Assembly: GCA_963675755.2 (NCBI GenBank)
Contig: CAXXMD010000003.1
Location: 2,016,001 to 2,080,000, forward strand
From: a bacterium
GTDB taxonomy: Bacteria > Zhuqueibacterota > Zhuqueibacteria > Residuimicrobiales > Krinioviventaceae
DNA length: 64,000 nt
Reading direction: 5' to 3'
A program made the position numbers and the translations under genes. A model generated the notes under the pieces. The model saw only the letters and a program-made list of their open reading frames with translations, had not been told where the DNA came from and ran no database searches. Of the stretch, positions 43,060 to 53,365 are shown one piece after another (the first letter of the stretch is position 1; each line of letters begins with the position of its first letter).

Positions 43060-44258
43060 TGAAATCTTTAAGAAATTTTCTTGACAAGCAGGAAAAGCAC
43101 TTTCATAAGGGTGGCAAGTATGAAAAGCTTTTCTATGTGTGGGAGATGTTAGACACATTAGTCTATACTCCAAGCACAGTAACATTGCGACGAACACATA
43201 TTCGTGATTCGTTGGATTTAAAGCGAATGATGATGATGGTAATGATTGCATTGTTTCCTGCCATTGGTATGGCACTTTACAATACAGGTTACCAGGCGAA
43301 TCTTGCGCTTGCAGCTAATGCGGGAGCGACTGATTTATTCTGGCAGGCCCGTTTCATGAATTGGATGGGACTCGGTTTTGATCCCTCGAATTTGTGGCTA
43401 AATTTACTGCATGGAGCGCTTTACTTCTTTCCTGTATATATTGTTACTTTGGCCGTTGGTGGTATTTGGGAAGTTTTGTTTGCCACAATACGTAAGCATG
43501 AAGTAAACGAAGGCTTTTTCGTAACCAGTATCCTTTTCCCGCTTATTCTTCCTCCAACAATTCCTTATTGGCAGGTTGCCGTAGGTATCACCTTTGGTGT
43601 TGTTATTGGAAAGGAAGTTTTTGGTGGTGTGGGTATGAATATTCTTAATCCTGCATTGACCGCGCGTGTGTTTTTATTCTTTGCCTATCCTGCACAGATT
43701 TCTGGAGATAAAGTCTGGGTTGCTGTTGACGGATTGTCACGCGCTACCGCGCTGGGTGAGCTTGCTGATCCGGTTATGAAAATGTCTACAACCTGGTGGA
43801 ACTCTTTTATAGGATTGGTTCCCGGTTCTATGGGCGAAACTTCCACTCTCGCTATTCTGATTGGTGCCTTTATTTTGATTGTTACCGGCATCGGTTCGTG
43901 GCGAATTATGTTGAGTTCTGTGGTGGGTATGGCAGCGTTCTCGTTATTGCTAAACGTAGTAGGAAGCGATACCAATTCCATGTTTGCAGTTACCCCCGTA
44001 TGGCATCTGGTTTTGGGTGGTTTTGCTTTTGGTACTGTGTTTATGGCAACTGATCCCGTGAGCGCACCCCAGGTAATAAAAGGACATTGGATATACGGAT
44101 TTTTAATTGGTGCATTGACCGTACTGGTACGTGTTATCAATCCTGCATTTCCTGAAGGAATGATGCTTGCGATCCTGTTTATGAATGTATTTGCACCTAT
44201 TATTGACAAGGTGTATATCAATAAAAATATCAAGAGGAGGCTGTTACGTAATGTCTAA
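43059..44258 (+). CDS. nqrB: Na+-NQR subunit B
   Basis: [35 protein letters not shown] (FMN-Thr site), [24 protein letters not shown]. Confidence 0.97.
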   Translation: MKSLRNFLDKQEKHFHKGGKYEKLFYVWEMLDTLVYTPSTVTLRRTHIRDSLDLKRMMMMVMIALFPAIGMALYNTGYQANLALAANAGATDLFWQARFMNWMGLGFDPSNLWLNLLHGALYFFPVYIVTLAVGGIWEVLFATIRKHEVNEGFFVTSILFPLILPPTIPYWQVAVGITFGVVIGKEVFGGVGMNILNPALTARVFLFFAYPAQISGDKVWVAVDGLSRATALGELADPVMKMSTTWWNSFIGLVPGSMGETSTLAILIGAFILIVTGIGSWRIMLSSVVGMAAFSLLLNVVGSDTNSMFAVTPVWHLVLGGFAFGTVFMATDPVSAPQVIKGHWIYGFLIGALTVLVRVINPAFPEGMMLAILFMNVFAPIIDKVYINKNIKRRLLRNV

Positions 44259-45042
44259 TGATAGCACAAAAAAAACTCTTATCGTAGCGCTGGGTGTTTG
44301 CCTTGTGTGTTCGATATTAGTTTCCTCTGCGGCTGTTTCCCTGCATGGTATACAGCAGGAAAACAAAAAGCTGGACAAGTTGAAGAATATTTTAATAGCC
44401 GGTGATTTGTATAAAGATAATATAGATGTAACTCAAACCTATAAAGATCTGGTAAGAGGCGAAATTATTGATATGAAAACCGGCGAACCCATTCCCGAAT
44501 CTGATTATAATGATGAATTGAATGTTGAAAAATTTGATATAAAAGCAATGGCAGAAGATTCGGAATATGGAAAAAGTATTCCCGCTGAAAAAGATATAGC
44601 AGATATTAAACGTATGCCCAAATACATGACTGTTTACCAGGTAATCAAAGATGGTGAATTGGATGAAGTAATTTTACCGATATATGGATTCGGATTGTGG
44701 TCTACAATGTACGGATTTATCGCAATTGATCATGATGTTAAAACCATTCGCGGTTTGACTTTTTATGAACATGGCGAGACCCCGGGCCTTGGCGGTGAAA
44801 TTGATAATCCCAATTGGAAAGCGATCTGGCCGGGTAAGCAGGCATTTGATGATAAAGGCAATGTGAAAATAACTGTAATCAAGAGCAATGTTGATAAATC
44901 TTCTCCCGATGCAAAATATCAGGTAGATGGACTTTCTGGTGCAACATTAACAACTCGTGGATTGGATAATACCGTGAAATTCTGGTTAGGTAAAGATGGA
45001 TATGGCCCCTATATTGAGCAATTGAGGGAGGGCTTGAAATGA
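44251..45042 (+). CDS. nqrC: Na+-NQR subunit C
   Basis: LCLVCS-type [28 protein letters not shown] (FMN-Thr); ATG at 44251. Confidence 0.96.
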   Translation: MSNDSTKKTLIVALGVCLVCSILVSSAAVSLHGIQQENKKLDKLKNILIAGDLYKDNIDVTQTYKDLVRGEIIDMKTGEPIPESDYNDELNVEKFDIKAMAEDSEYGKSIPAEKDIADIKRMPKYMTVYQVIKDGELDEVILPIYGFGLWSTMYGFIAIDHDVKTIRGLTFYEHGETPGLGGEIDNPNWKAIWPGKQAFDDKGNVKITVIKSNVDKSSPDAKYQVDGLSGATLTTRGLDNTVKFWLGKDGYGPYIEQLREGLK

Positions 45043-45659
45043 GTAAATATAAACAAATAATATTGGATCCCGTATTTAACAACAATCCTATTGCTAAGCA
45101 AATATTGGGAATCTGTTCCGCATTGGCGGTTACGTCAAAACTTGAAACCGCTATAGTTATGTCACTGGCGGTAACGTTTGTAGTTTCGTTTTCAAACCTT
45201 GCGGTCAGTTCAATTCGTAATTTCGTTCCCAGTTCAATTCGTATTCTGGTAGAGATGACCATTATTGCTTCTTTGGTTATTATTGCTGATCAATTGATCA
45301 AAGCTTTTGCTTTTGATGTCAGCAAGCAATTATCCGTTTACGTTGGATTGATTATTACAAACTGTATTATTATGGGACGTGCTGAAGCGTTTGCCCTTAA
45401 AAATTCACCATGGCTAAGTTTTCTGGATGGAATTGGTAACGGATTAGGCTATAGTTTTGTATTATTGTTTGTAGGATTTTTCAGAGAACTGTTGGGTTCC
45501 GGAAAGCTTTTAGGATATACTGTATTGCAGCCCGTTACCGAAGGCGGTTGGTATGCACCTAATGGTCTGTTTGTATTGTCACCAAGTGCTTTCTTTATAA
45601 TTGGTATGTTAATTTGGATCTTTAGGACCTGGAAACCTGAGCAAGTTGAAGAGGAATAA
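45039..45659 (+). CDS. nqrD: Na+-NQR subunit D
   Basis: [34 protein letters not shown]. Confidence 0.97.
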   Translation: MSKYKQIILDPVFNNNPIAKQILGICSALAVTSKLETAIVMSLAVTFVVSFSNLAVSSIRNFVPSSIRILVEMTIIASLVIIADQLIKAFAFDVSKQLSVYVGLIITNCIIMGRAEAFALKNSPWLSFLDGIGNGLGYSFVLLFVGFFRELLGSGKLLGYTVLQPVTEGGWYAPNGLFVLSPSAFFIIGMLIWIFRTWKPEQVEEE

Positions 45660-45661
45660 CC

Positions 45662-46273
45662 ATGTTTGAACATTATCTGAGTTTATTTGTAAAATCCATT
45701 TTTATGGAAAACATGGCCCTGGCTCTGTTCCTGGGCATGTGTACTTTTCTTGCGGTTTCCAAACGAGTGGACACTGCAGTAGGTTTGGGTTTGGCAGTTG
45801 TGGTTGTTCAAGCCATTACCTTACCGGTAAACAATTTGATTTATAATCATGTGCTAAAAGCCGGTGCCCTGGCATGGGCGGGTTTACCGAATGTGGATCT
45901 CACATTTTTAGGCCTTATTACCTATATTGGTGTAATTGCGGCAATGGTGCAGATCCTTGAAATGATTCTTGATAAATATGTACCCAAGCTTTATAACTCT
46001 TTGGGTATCTTTTTGCCCCTTATTACTGTAAACTGTGCCATTTTAGGTGGTTCGTTGTTTATGGTAGAACGCGGATATAATTTCCCTGATAGTGTTGTTT
46101 TTGGTTTTGGCTCCGGAATCGGGTTTGCTTTGGCAATTATCGCTCTGGCAGGTATTCGCGAAAAAATGAAATACAGCAATGTTCCCACAGGTTTACGTGG
46201 GCTGGGCATAACCTTTATAACTGTAGGGTTAATGGCCATTGCATTTATGATATTTTCTGGTATTCAATTATAG
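45662..46273 (+). CDS. nqrE: Na+-NQR subunit E
   Basis: [39 protein letters not shown]. Confidence 0.97.
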   Translation: MFEHYLSLFVKSIFMENMALALFLGMCTFLAVSKRVDTAVGLGLAVVVVQAITLPVNNLIYNHVLKAGALAWAGLPNVDLTFLGLITYIGVIAAMVQILEMILDKYVPKLYNSLGIFLPLITVNCAILGGSLFMVERGYNFPDSVVFGFGSGIGFALAIIALAGIREKMKYSNVPTGLRGLGITFITVGLMAIAFMIFSGIQL

Positions 46274-46288
46274 GGGGAAGGAGGATAG

Positions 46289-47521
46289 ATGTCGGGATTT
46301 AGTTTAATATTACTCGGCGTGTTCATGTTCACGCTGATTGTACTGGTCCTTGTATTAATTATTTTACTGGCCAAGTCAAAGCTTGTTCAAAGCGGCAAAG
46401 CCAAAATTGTTATCAATGATGATCCGGACCATACTTTTCAAGTCCCAATGGGCGACAAGCTCTTGAACTCTTTGGCAGATCAGAGTATTTTTATCCCATC
46501 CGCATGTGGTGGAGGTGGTACTTGTGGTGAATGTAAAATCATTGTCACAGAAGGTGGTGGTGATGTGCTTGCTACAGAGCGTTCAAAATTGACCCGAGGA
46601 CAGGTGCGTGAAGGATATCGCCTTAGCTGTCAGCTTCCTGTTAAAGGTGATATGAAGCTGGAAGTACCTGCAGAAGTATTTGAAATTAAAAAGTGGGAAT
46701 GTAAAGTTAAATCAAACCACAATGTTGCCACTTTTATTAAAGAGTTGGTGCTTGAACTGCCCGAAGGTGAAGATGTTAATTTTAGAGCGGGTGGATATAT
46801 TCAAATTGAAGCACCACCTCATACAGTAAATTATAAAGATTTTGAAATTGAAGAAGAATATAGAGACGACTGGGACAAATACAACATGTGGCAATTTGTC
46901 TCAAAAGTGAATGAGCCTGTATTAAGAGCTTATTCTATGGCAAGTTATCCCGAGGAAAAAGGCATCATTATGCTGAATGTGCGTATTGCATCGCCTCCTC
47001 CAAACAAGCCAAGTGTGCCACCGGGCCAGATGTCTTCTTTTATTTTTAATTTAAAACCGGGAGACACGGTTATAATCTCGGGTCCTTATGGAGAGTTCTT
47101 TGCCCGTGAAACCGACAATGAAATGGTTTTCATTGGTGGTGGCGCAGGTATGGCTCCTATGCGTTCTCATATTTTTGATCAGTTGAAACGTTTGGATTCA
47201 AAACGGAAAATGACATTCTGGTATGGTGCAAGAAGTAAACGTGAAATTTTTTACCAGGAAGATTTTGATACATTGCAGGCCAATCATGATAATTTTAAAT
47301 GGCATGTAGCTTTGTCTGAACCCTTGCCTGAAGATAACTGGGAAGGATACGTTGGTTTTATCCATCAGGTTATTCTAGATGAATATCTTGGCAAACATAA
47401 AGCTCCTGAAGATTGTGAGTATTATTTATGTGGTCCCCCAATGATGATCAATGCTGTTTTCAAAATGCTTGATGATCTTGGTGTAGAGCCCGAAAATATT
47501 TTGTTTGATGATTTCGGTTAA
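46289..47521 (+). CDS. nqrF: Na+-NQR subunit F
   Basis: [12 protein letters not shown] 2Fe-2S motif, [30 protein letters not shown]. Confidence 0.98.
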   Translation: MSGFSLILLGVFMFTLIVLVLVLIILLAKSKLVQSGKAKIVINDDPDHTFQVPMGDKLLNSLADQSIFIPSACGGGGTCGECKIIVTEGGGDVLATERSKLTRGQVREGYRLSCQLPVKGDMKLEVPAEVFEIKKWECKVKSNHNVATFIKELVLELPEGEDVNFRAGGYIQIEAPPHTVNYKDFEIEEEYRDDWDKYNMWQFVSKVNEPVLRAYSMASYPEEKGIIMLNVRIASPPPNKPSVPPGQMSSFIFNLKPGDTVIISGPYGEFFARETDNEMVFIGGGAGMAPMRSHIFDQLKRLDSKRKMTFWYGARSKREIFYQEDFDTLQANHDNFKWHVALSEPLPEDNWEGYVGFIHQVILDEYLGKHKAPEDCEYYLCGPPMMINAVFKMLDDLGVEPENILFDDFG

Positions 47522-47551
47522 TAAAAAAGTCAAAAAATAAGGAGTAATAGA

Positions 47552-47962
47552 ATGGCTTTTTTTGAATGGAAGGACAGCTATAGCACCACAATACCCACAA
47601 TTGATACGCAGCATAAAAAACTGGTTGAATATATTAATCAGTTGTATGAGGCAATGAGTGCAGGAAAAAGCAAGGAAGTAATGGGTCCACTGTTGCAAAA
47701 TCTTTTAGATTATACGGTTACTCATTTTTCAACTGAAGAAAAAATGCTGGCAAAGTATAATTATCCAACTTTTACTGCTCATAAATCATATCATGATAGC
47801 TTTACAAGCAAGATTAAATCCAGCCAGGAGAAATATCTGGCTGGCAATTCAAGTGTTGTAATAGAGTTGAGCAAGTATCTCAAGGAATGGTTGGCAAATC
47901 ATATTTTACAAACAGATATGCAGTATGTGAAATTTTTGAGAGACAACAAGATTATTTCCTGA
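47552..47962 (+). CDS. Bacteriohemerythrin (copy 1)
   Basis: W..SY...I..ID.QH, HF..EE, H...H, WL.NHI...D; all di-iron ligands present. Confidence 0.93.
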   Translation: MAFFEWKDSYSTTIPTIDTQHKKLVEYINQLYEAMSAGKSKEVMGPLLQNLLDYTVTHFSTEEKMLAKYNYPTFTAHKSYHDSFTSKIKSSQEKYLAGNSSVVIELSKYLKEWLANHILQTDMQYVKFLRDNKIIS

Positions 47963-48071
47963 GTCATGTATTGAATTGAAATATACGAGCTCAACAATAA
48001 ATAAAATTGTATCGTTTTACGAGATAAAAGGATAATGGCTTTTACTATATGTTTCTTGGCCGGAGGAGAGT

Positions 48072-48479
48072 ATGGCTTATTTTGAATGGAAAGATTCTTA
48101 CTGTGTTGGAATTGAAAAAATAGACAAGCAACATCAAAAATTGGTTAGTTTGGTTAATGATTTTTATGAAGCCATGAGTGCCGGTAAAGCCAATACGGTA
48201 TTGGGTGAAATATTTGAGGAATTGATCAATTATACAATCATCCATTTTGATACTGAAGAAGAATTAATGACCCGTTTTGGATATTCTGCAATTTTTACAC
48301 ATCAAAAAGAGCATAATGATTTAAAACAAAAGGTAATGGAGTACAAGGCAAAATTTGAAAGCGGCAATACTTTGATGGTTATTGATTTAAGTAAATTTCT
48401 GAAACAGTGGTTGGCAAATCATATATTAAAAACCGATATGGCATATTCAGAATTTTTCAAAGCCAAAGGTGTAAAATAA
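48072..48479 (+). CDS. Bacteriohemerythrin (copy 2)
   Basis: IDKQH, HFDTEE, HQKEH, WLANHILKTD; paralogue of copy 1 (shared FEWKDSY, YEAMSAGK, WLANHIL). Confidence 0.93.
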   Translation: MAYFEWKDSYCVGIEKIDKQHQKLVSLVNDFYEAMSAGKANTVLGEIFEELINYTIIHFDTEEELMTRFGYSAIFTHQKEHNDLKQKVMEYKAKFESGNTLMVIDLSKFLKQWLANHILKTDMAYSEFFKAKGVK

Positions 48480-48597
48480 TCGATTTTAAATGAAACAAAG
48501 AGGATTTAAAGCCGATCTTGTATTATTTCCGTTTTACGGGAATAAATAAAGTGCGGTTGACAATTATATTTAAATTAATAAATATAAAGGAGGCTTT

Positions 48598-49062
48598 ATG
48601 AAAACAGCCGAAGAAATTGTTAACCTTAAATCAGAACAGGTAATTACCGTACCGGTAGATTCAACGATTGCTGAAACTTTAAAGATTATGAATGAGCACA
48701 AGATTGGTGCGATCCTGGTAACAAAAGATGATGTTGTCGCTGGCATCTGGACCGAGCGTGATTTAATGCAAGACATTCTGGATGATAGTTTTGACATTAA
48801 AAGTGCCAAAATAGGTGATTATATGACAACAAACCTGATTGCGGCAAAATATTCTGACTCTATTTATCAATTGATGGATAAATTTTTGGGTCATCGGTTC
48901 AGACACATTATTGTGGAAAAAGAAGGCGAATACATTGGTTTTCTTTCAATGGGTGATGTTGCAAAAACCATATTGATTGAAAAGAATGAAGAAATTAAAA
49001 ATCTAAACGAGATGATAAGCTTTGAATACTATGAAAACTGGCAATGGAAAAAGAAAAAATAA
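48598..49062 (+). CDS. CBS-domain pair protein
   Basis: MNEHKIGAILV, GIWTERD, MTTNLI, FRHIIV, GFLSMGD. Confidence 0.9.
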   Translation: MKTAEEIVNLKSEQVITVPVDSTIAETLKIMNEHKIGAILVTKDDVVAGIWTERDLMQDILDDSFDIKSAKIGDYMTTNLIAAKYSDSIYQLMDKFLGHRFRHIIVEKEGEYIGFLSMGDVAKTILIEKNEEIKNLNEMISFEYYENWQWKKKK

Positions 49063-50098
49063 TACTGTTCTTCTAGTTGTTTTTTTTGTTGTTTTACTAA
49101 CTGCCAGTTATTGGACCCGGTGTGACCGGCATAAATTTCACGAAAATGCGCTGGCCGGCCGCACAATGGGGACCAGTTTTTCAATAAAGATTGTTACTGC
49201 CCAGAATGATGTTATCAATATAGAGCTAGTAAAGAATAATATTGATTCATTGCTTGAATTAGTCAATATGCAAATGTCTACCTATATTGATTCTTCTGAA
49301 CTTTCCAGATTTAATAACTTTTCAAAAACCACAGAATTCCCTGTATCAAAAGCATTATCCTTTGTGTTTTTTAATGCCATTCAAACCAGTGAAAAGTCTG
49401 ATGGTGCATTTGATATTACAGTAGGTCCCATGGTAAACCTTTGGGGATTTGGCCCCGAGCACCACAATGATGAGGTCCCTCCAGACAGCGAAATTGCTGA
49501 TCGTTTAAGCAAAGTGGGGTACCATTATTTGTCTATAGATACAAGCCGCTCTATTGTGAGCAAAGCTATTCCCGAATTGTATTGTGATCTTTCGTCCATT
49601 GCAAAAGGATATGGTGTGGATGTGGTTGCCGATTATCTTGAGCAGCAAGGTTTTGAAAATTATTTGGTAGAAATAGGAGGCGAAATCCGTGCCCGGGGGC
49701 GTAACTCCCAAACGGATAAATGGCGCATCGGTATTGCGTCTCCAAAGACAGAACCCGGTTATGTTAAAGCTCTCTCTGTCAACAATGTAGGTGTAGCTAC
49801 TTCCGGGGACTATTTGAACTATTTTGAAAAAAATGGGTTACGTTATTCACATACAATTGATCCGAGAACCGGTAAGCCTATAACGCATAATCTTGCATCT
49901 GTCACCGTTATTCATCCGTCATGCCAGATCGCTGATGCATATGCAACGGCAATTTCCGTATTAGGTCCGGAAAAAGGATACCAGTTTGCTCTCGATGAGG
50001 AACTTTTGGTTTTTATGATCATTAGAGAAAATACAGAATTTATTGAAAAAATGACTCCCGGTTTTGAGAATTTAATTAATACTATTAATAACAGGTGA
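49031..50098 (+). CDS. apbE: FAD:protein FMN transferase ApbE
   Basis: TMGT, MSTY..DSELSRFN, GAFDITVGP..NLWGFG, DLSSIAKGYGVD, ATSGDY, HTIDPRTG, ADAYATA; start position uncertain. Confidence 0.95.
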   Translation: MKTGNGKRKNNTVLLVVFFVVLLTASYWTRCDRHKFHENALAGRTMGTSFSIKIVTAQNDVINIELVKNNIDSLLELVNMQMSTYIDSSELSRFNNFSKTTEFPVSKALSFVFFNAIQTSEKSDGAFDITVGPMVNLWGFGPEHHNDEVPPDSEIADRLSKVGYHYLSIDTSRSIVSKAIPELYCDLSSIAKGYGVDVVADYLEQQGFENYLVEIGGEIRARGRNSQTDKWRIGIASPKTEPGYVKALSVNNVGVATSGDYLNYFEKNGLRYSHTIDPRTGKPITHNLASVTVIHPSCQIADAYATAISVLGPEKGYQFALDEELLVFMIIRENTEFIEKMTPGFENLINTINNR

Positions 50099-50102
50099 TA
50101 TT

Positions 50103-50357
50103 ATGATTGCGCAAATACTTTTAGTAGCCGTTGTAATGGTTGTTCTTTTTTCTTTTTTCGCGTTTGCTTTGCATTTTAGCAAATACAAGAAACGACCAGG
50201 TACCGAAGGCTGTTGTGGGGGTGGTCATTGCGACACTGATAAACATGATGATGATCATTCCTGCGGTTGCTATGATGAGAAAATGAAATTTGTTGAAAGC
50301 TATGACGCATTGAATAAACATTCTTGTGGTGATCAATGCAGTTGCGGTAACCATTAA
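50103..50357 (+). CDS. Small membrane-anchored Cys/His-rich protein, NqrM-like
   Basis: N-terminal TM then GCCGGGHC...CGC...CGDQCSC; sits after apbE, where nqrM usually lies. Confidence 0.6.
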   Translation: MIAQILLVAVVMVVLFSFFAFALHFSKYKKRPGTEGCCGGGHCDTDKHDDDHSCGCYDEKMKFVESYDALNKHSCGDQCSCGNH

Positions 50358-50390
50358 AATAAAAGCCCTGTTTTAAACAGGGCTTTTATT
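50358..50390 (+). terminator. Intrinsic terminator at the end of the nqr-apbE cluster
   Basis: AATAAAAGCCCTGTTT-T-AAACAGGGCTTTTATT inverted repeat. Confidence 0.85.
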
Positions 50391-50601
50391 ATCATCCCTT
50401 TTATTACTTCCTGAAAATATAAAATATTTTACACTGCTGTAAAGAAATTTTACAGTAATGATTTTTTGAGTATACAAAAAGACGAATGTCTTTAAGTGTT
50501 GATGAATTCGATTCATTCCCCCTGTAAGGCATTGTTTTTATTTATATTGCCTCTGCCTGTTTTTGCTTGATTGTTTATAATTGCAGTTATAGTGCTCTAA
50601 A

Positions 50602-50617
50602 TTGGCATTACAATTGC
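50602..50617 (+). promoter_or_regulatory. Sigma-54 (-24/-12) promoter for the MCP gene
   Basis: TTGGCATTACAATTGC = GG-N10-GC, 40 nt before ATG 50657; palindrome CTGTAAA-N5-TTTACAG at 50437-50455 upstream. Confidence 0.65.
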
Positions 50618-50656
50618 CTAAGTAGATATGAAAAAAAAGTAAAAACGAGGTGTGCA

Positions 50657-53194
50657 ATGCGGTTTACAATTAAATACAAAATTATGGCTTTATCTCTCTC
50701 TTTTGTGCTGATACCTGTCATCATTATTTTGATTCAGGTAGGCGTTCAAAAGGGCGTATTAAAGTCCAAGGTTACAGATGAAATTGATATTTTGATAAAG
50801 GAAAACGTTTCTCAAATCGCCAAAGATGTATATCATTTGTGTGATGCAATGAATGATATCTTGAATGAAAAGGTTAAAGACGATCTTGTTTTTGCAAATG
50901 ATTTACTTGAGAAAAAAGGTGGTCTAAATATTGGTTCCAACACCGTTGCCTGGGATGCGACTAATCAGACAACAGGTCGTACGGTATCAGTGGAGCTGCC
51001 CAGAGTTTATGTTGGAAATTCCTGGTTGGGTCAAGTAAAAGATTTTGATCAGACAGTTCCTTTAGTTGATGAAATGCAGAAATTGGTTGGTGGTACCTGT
51101 ACAATTTTTCAAAGAATGAACAAAGATGGAGATATGTTGCGCGTTGCTACCAATATCAAAGATTTGAGTGGTAATCGGGTTTTGGGCACTTATATTCCAG
51201 CATCTTCATCTGATGGAGATGCCAATAAAGTTATTTCAACGGTTTTAAGAGGTGAAACATATTACGGACGCGCACTGGTTGTTAATGAATGGTATATCAC
51301 AGCGTACAAGCCGATTAAAGATAGTGAGAATAACGTTACTGGCATGTTGTATGTTGGTATTAAACAGGAATCAGTTTCAACTTTGCGCCATGCGATTATG
51401 GATATAACTGTTGGAAAAACCGGTTATGTTTATGTATTGGGAGGAACTGGTAAACATCAGGGCGATTATATCATTTCAAAAGATGGTGAACGTGATGGTG
51501 AGAATATTTGGAACGCCAAAGATTCTGATGGGAACCTCTTTATTCAATCTGTAATTAATAAGGCATTGAAATTAAAAGATACTGAAATTGATTATGAGCG
51601 ATACCCCTGGCTAAATGAAGGTGATACAAAAGCAAGAATGAAAATTGCATCCATTGCATATTATGAACCTTGGGATTGGGTGATTGGCGTAGGAACATAT
51701 GAAGATGATTATTATCAGGCACTGTATAGAATAGATGATGCTTTAAAACAGTTGTTAATGGGTATTGTGGGAACAGGACTTATTATACTCGTTTTGGGTA
51801 CGGTAGCTTCAATTTTAATGAGTACCCGAATTGCCAGACCTATAACTAAGATGAGTAAAAGTGCAGACAGGTTGGCAATGGGTGATATTAATCAAGATAT
51901 TGATCATGTATCAACCGATGAGACGGGCGAATTGGCAGATTCTTTTAGAAGAATGATAACGGCGTTGCAGGCTAAAACCCATTTAGCTGAGCAGATTGCT
52001 GAAGGAGATTTGTCAGCAGAGGAACAAATTGCATCTGAGGATGATAATTTGGGTAAAGCAATGGCAAAGATGAAAAACCGGATTCAATTGCTCTTGTCCG
52101 AGATTGAAACCCTGGCTTCCAGCGCTGTAAGAGGAGATCTTTCAAGACGTGCAAACTCGGATCAATTTCAAAATGATTTTAAAAATATTATTATTGGTAT
52201 AAATAGTATTGTGTCAGCTATTACACGTCCTATAAATGAAGCTTCAGATGTACTTTCAAAAGTAGCAAACCGAAAACTGACAGTTAGAATGAAAGGTGAA
52301 TACAAGGGCGATTTTAACAAAATTAAAGTTTCTTTAAATACCGCACTAGAAAATCTTGATACAAGTTTACATCAGGTTGCAGTAAGTTCCGATCAGGTTG
52401 CATCTGCATCGGACCAGATTAGTTCAGGTGGACAAGCATTGGCTCAGGGTGCATCGGAACAGGCCAGCTCACTTGAAGAGATTTCCAGCTCTTTGCATGA
52501 AGTGTCTTCAATGGCAATGCATAACTCTAATAATGCAAGTGAAGCCAAGCATCTTACAGATGCTACACGCGAAAGTGCAGATCAGGGTATGAAAAGCATG
52601 GATCTTTTGTCTAATGCTATTGAAAAAATTAAACAGTCGTCTGATGAGACTATAAAAGTTATTAAAACAATTGATGATATTGCATTTCAAACCAATCTGC
52701 TGGCCTTGAATGCGGCTGTTGAGGCTGCAAGAGCAGGTGAAGCAGGAAAAGGTTTTGCAGTTGTTGCTGAAGAAGTAAGAAACCTTGCAATACAGAGTGC
52801 AGAGTCTTCAAAAAACACATCGCAATTGATTACTGATGCCGTACAAAACGCTGAATCCGGTGTTGAATATAACAAGCAGGTTGCAGAACAGTTGCATGGC
52901 ATTCTTGAACAGGTAGCCAAGGTAAGTGATCTGATGGCTGAAGTTGCAGCCGGTTCAAGTGAACAGACCGAAGGTATTTCTCAGGTTAATAAAGCTCTTG
53001 AACAGTTGAACATGTTGACACAACAAAATGCTGCAAACGCGGAAGAATCTGCAAGTACTGCAGAAGAGTTGTCAAGTCAGGCAGAAGAAATGCGCAGCAT
53101 GACAGCACAATTCGAATTAACCGATAGCGATAATAGTAATGTGGCTACTTTTAGAAATGAAAATTATTATGAGGAAGAGATGTTGGAGGTGTAA
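50657..53194 (+). CDS. Methyl-accepting chemotaxis protein (Cache sensor domains, HAMPs, MA domain)
   Basis: TM1, Cache-type periplasmic region ([49 protein letters not shown]), TM2, HAMP (DETGELA), [34 protein letters not shown]. Confidence 0.95.
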   Translation: MRFTIKYKIMALSLSFVLIPVIIILIQVGVQKGVLKSKVTDEIDILIKENVSQIAKDVYHLCDAMNDILNEKVKDDLVFANDLLEKKGGLNIGSNTVAWDATNQTTGRTVSVELPRVYVGNSWLGQVKDFDQTVPLVDEMQKLVGGTCTIFQRMNKDGDMLRVATNIKDLSGNRVLGTYIPASSSDGDANKVISTVLRGETYYGRALVVNEWYITAYKPIKDSENNVTGMLYVGIKQESVSTLRHAIMDITVGKTGYVYVLGGTGKHQGDYIISKDGERDGENIWNAKDSDGNLFIQSVINKALKLKDTEIDYERYPWLNEGDTKARMKIASIAYYEPWDWVIGVGTYEDDYYQALYRIDDALKQLLMGIVGTGLIILVLGTVASILMSTRIARPITKMSKSADRLAMGDINQDIDHVSTDETGELADSFRRMITALQAKTHLAEQIAEGDLSAEEQIASEDDNLGKAMAKMKNRIQLLLSEIETLASSAVRGDLSRRANSDQFQNDFKNIIIGINSIVSAITRPINEASDVLSKVANRKLTVRMKGEYKGDFNKIKVSLNTALENLDTSLHQVAVSSDQVASASDQISSGGQALAQGASEQASSLEEISSSLHEVSSMAMHNSNNASEAKHLTDATRESADQGMKSMDLLSNAIEKIKQSSDETIKVIKTIDDIAFQTNLLALNAAVEAARAGEAGKGFAVVAEEVRNLAIQSAESSKNTSQLITDAVQNAESGVEYNKQVAEQLHGILEQVAKVSDLMAEVAAGSSEQTEGISQVNKALEQLNMLTQQNAANAEESASTAEELSSQAEEMRSMTAQFELTDSDNSNVATFRNENYYEEEMLEV

Positions 53195-53201
53195 GAAGAA
53201 G

Positions 53202-53274
53202 TGAGGGCGGCGGGAATCGAACCCACGACCGACGGCTTAAAAGGCCGCTGCTCTACCGGCTGAGCTACGCCCTC
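53202..53274 (-). tRNA. tRNA-Lys (anticodon UUU), CCA not encoded
   Basis: GAGGGCG-TAGCTCAGCCGGTAGAGC-AGCGGC-CTTTTAA-GCCGT...GTGGG-TTCGATT-CCCGC-CGCCCTC-A cloverleaf. Confidence 0.95.
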
Positions 53275-53365
53275 AACCTTACAGAATTAAAGGTAATAAA
53301 TTTTTAATAATTAAACAACAAAAAAATTAAATTTTATTAATTTTTTTTTAATGCACGACATTGTT

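Noticed and set aside
43685-44233. 182-aa minus-strand ORF and the many similar 60-180 aa overlapping ORFs
   Set aside because: They lie antisense or out of frame within well-supported genes (nqrB, ccm, clpC, smc) and have no recognisable motifs.
44185-44250. Longer NqrC start
   Set aside because: Lies within the nqrB 3' end; ATG 44251 has GAGGAGG upstream.
50567-50656. N-terminal extension of the MCP
   Set aside because: Overlaps the sigma-54 motif; ATG 50657 has GAGG upstream and gives a normal short N-terminus before TM1.
53202-53365. tRNA-Lys as an integration site for an island
   Set aside because: No integrase, and I found no duplicated tRNA 3' end in the window.
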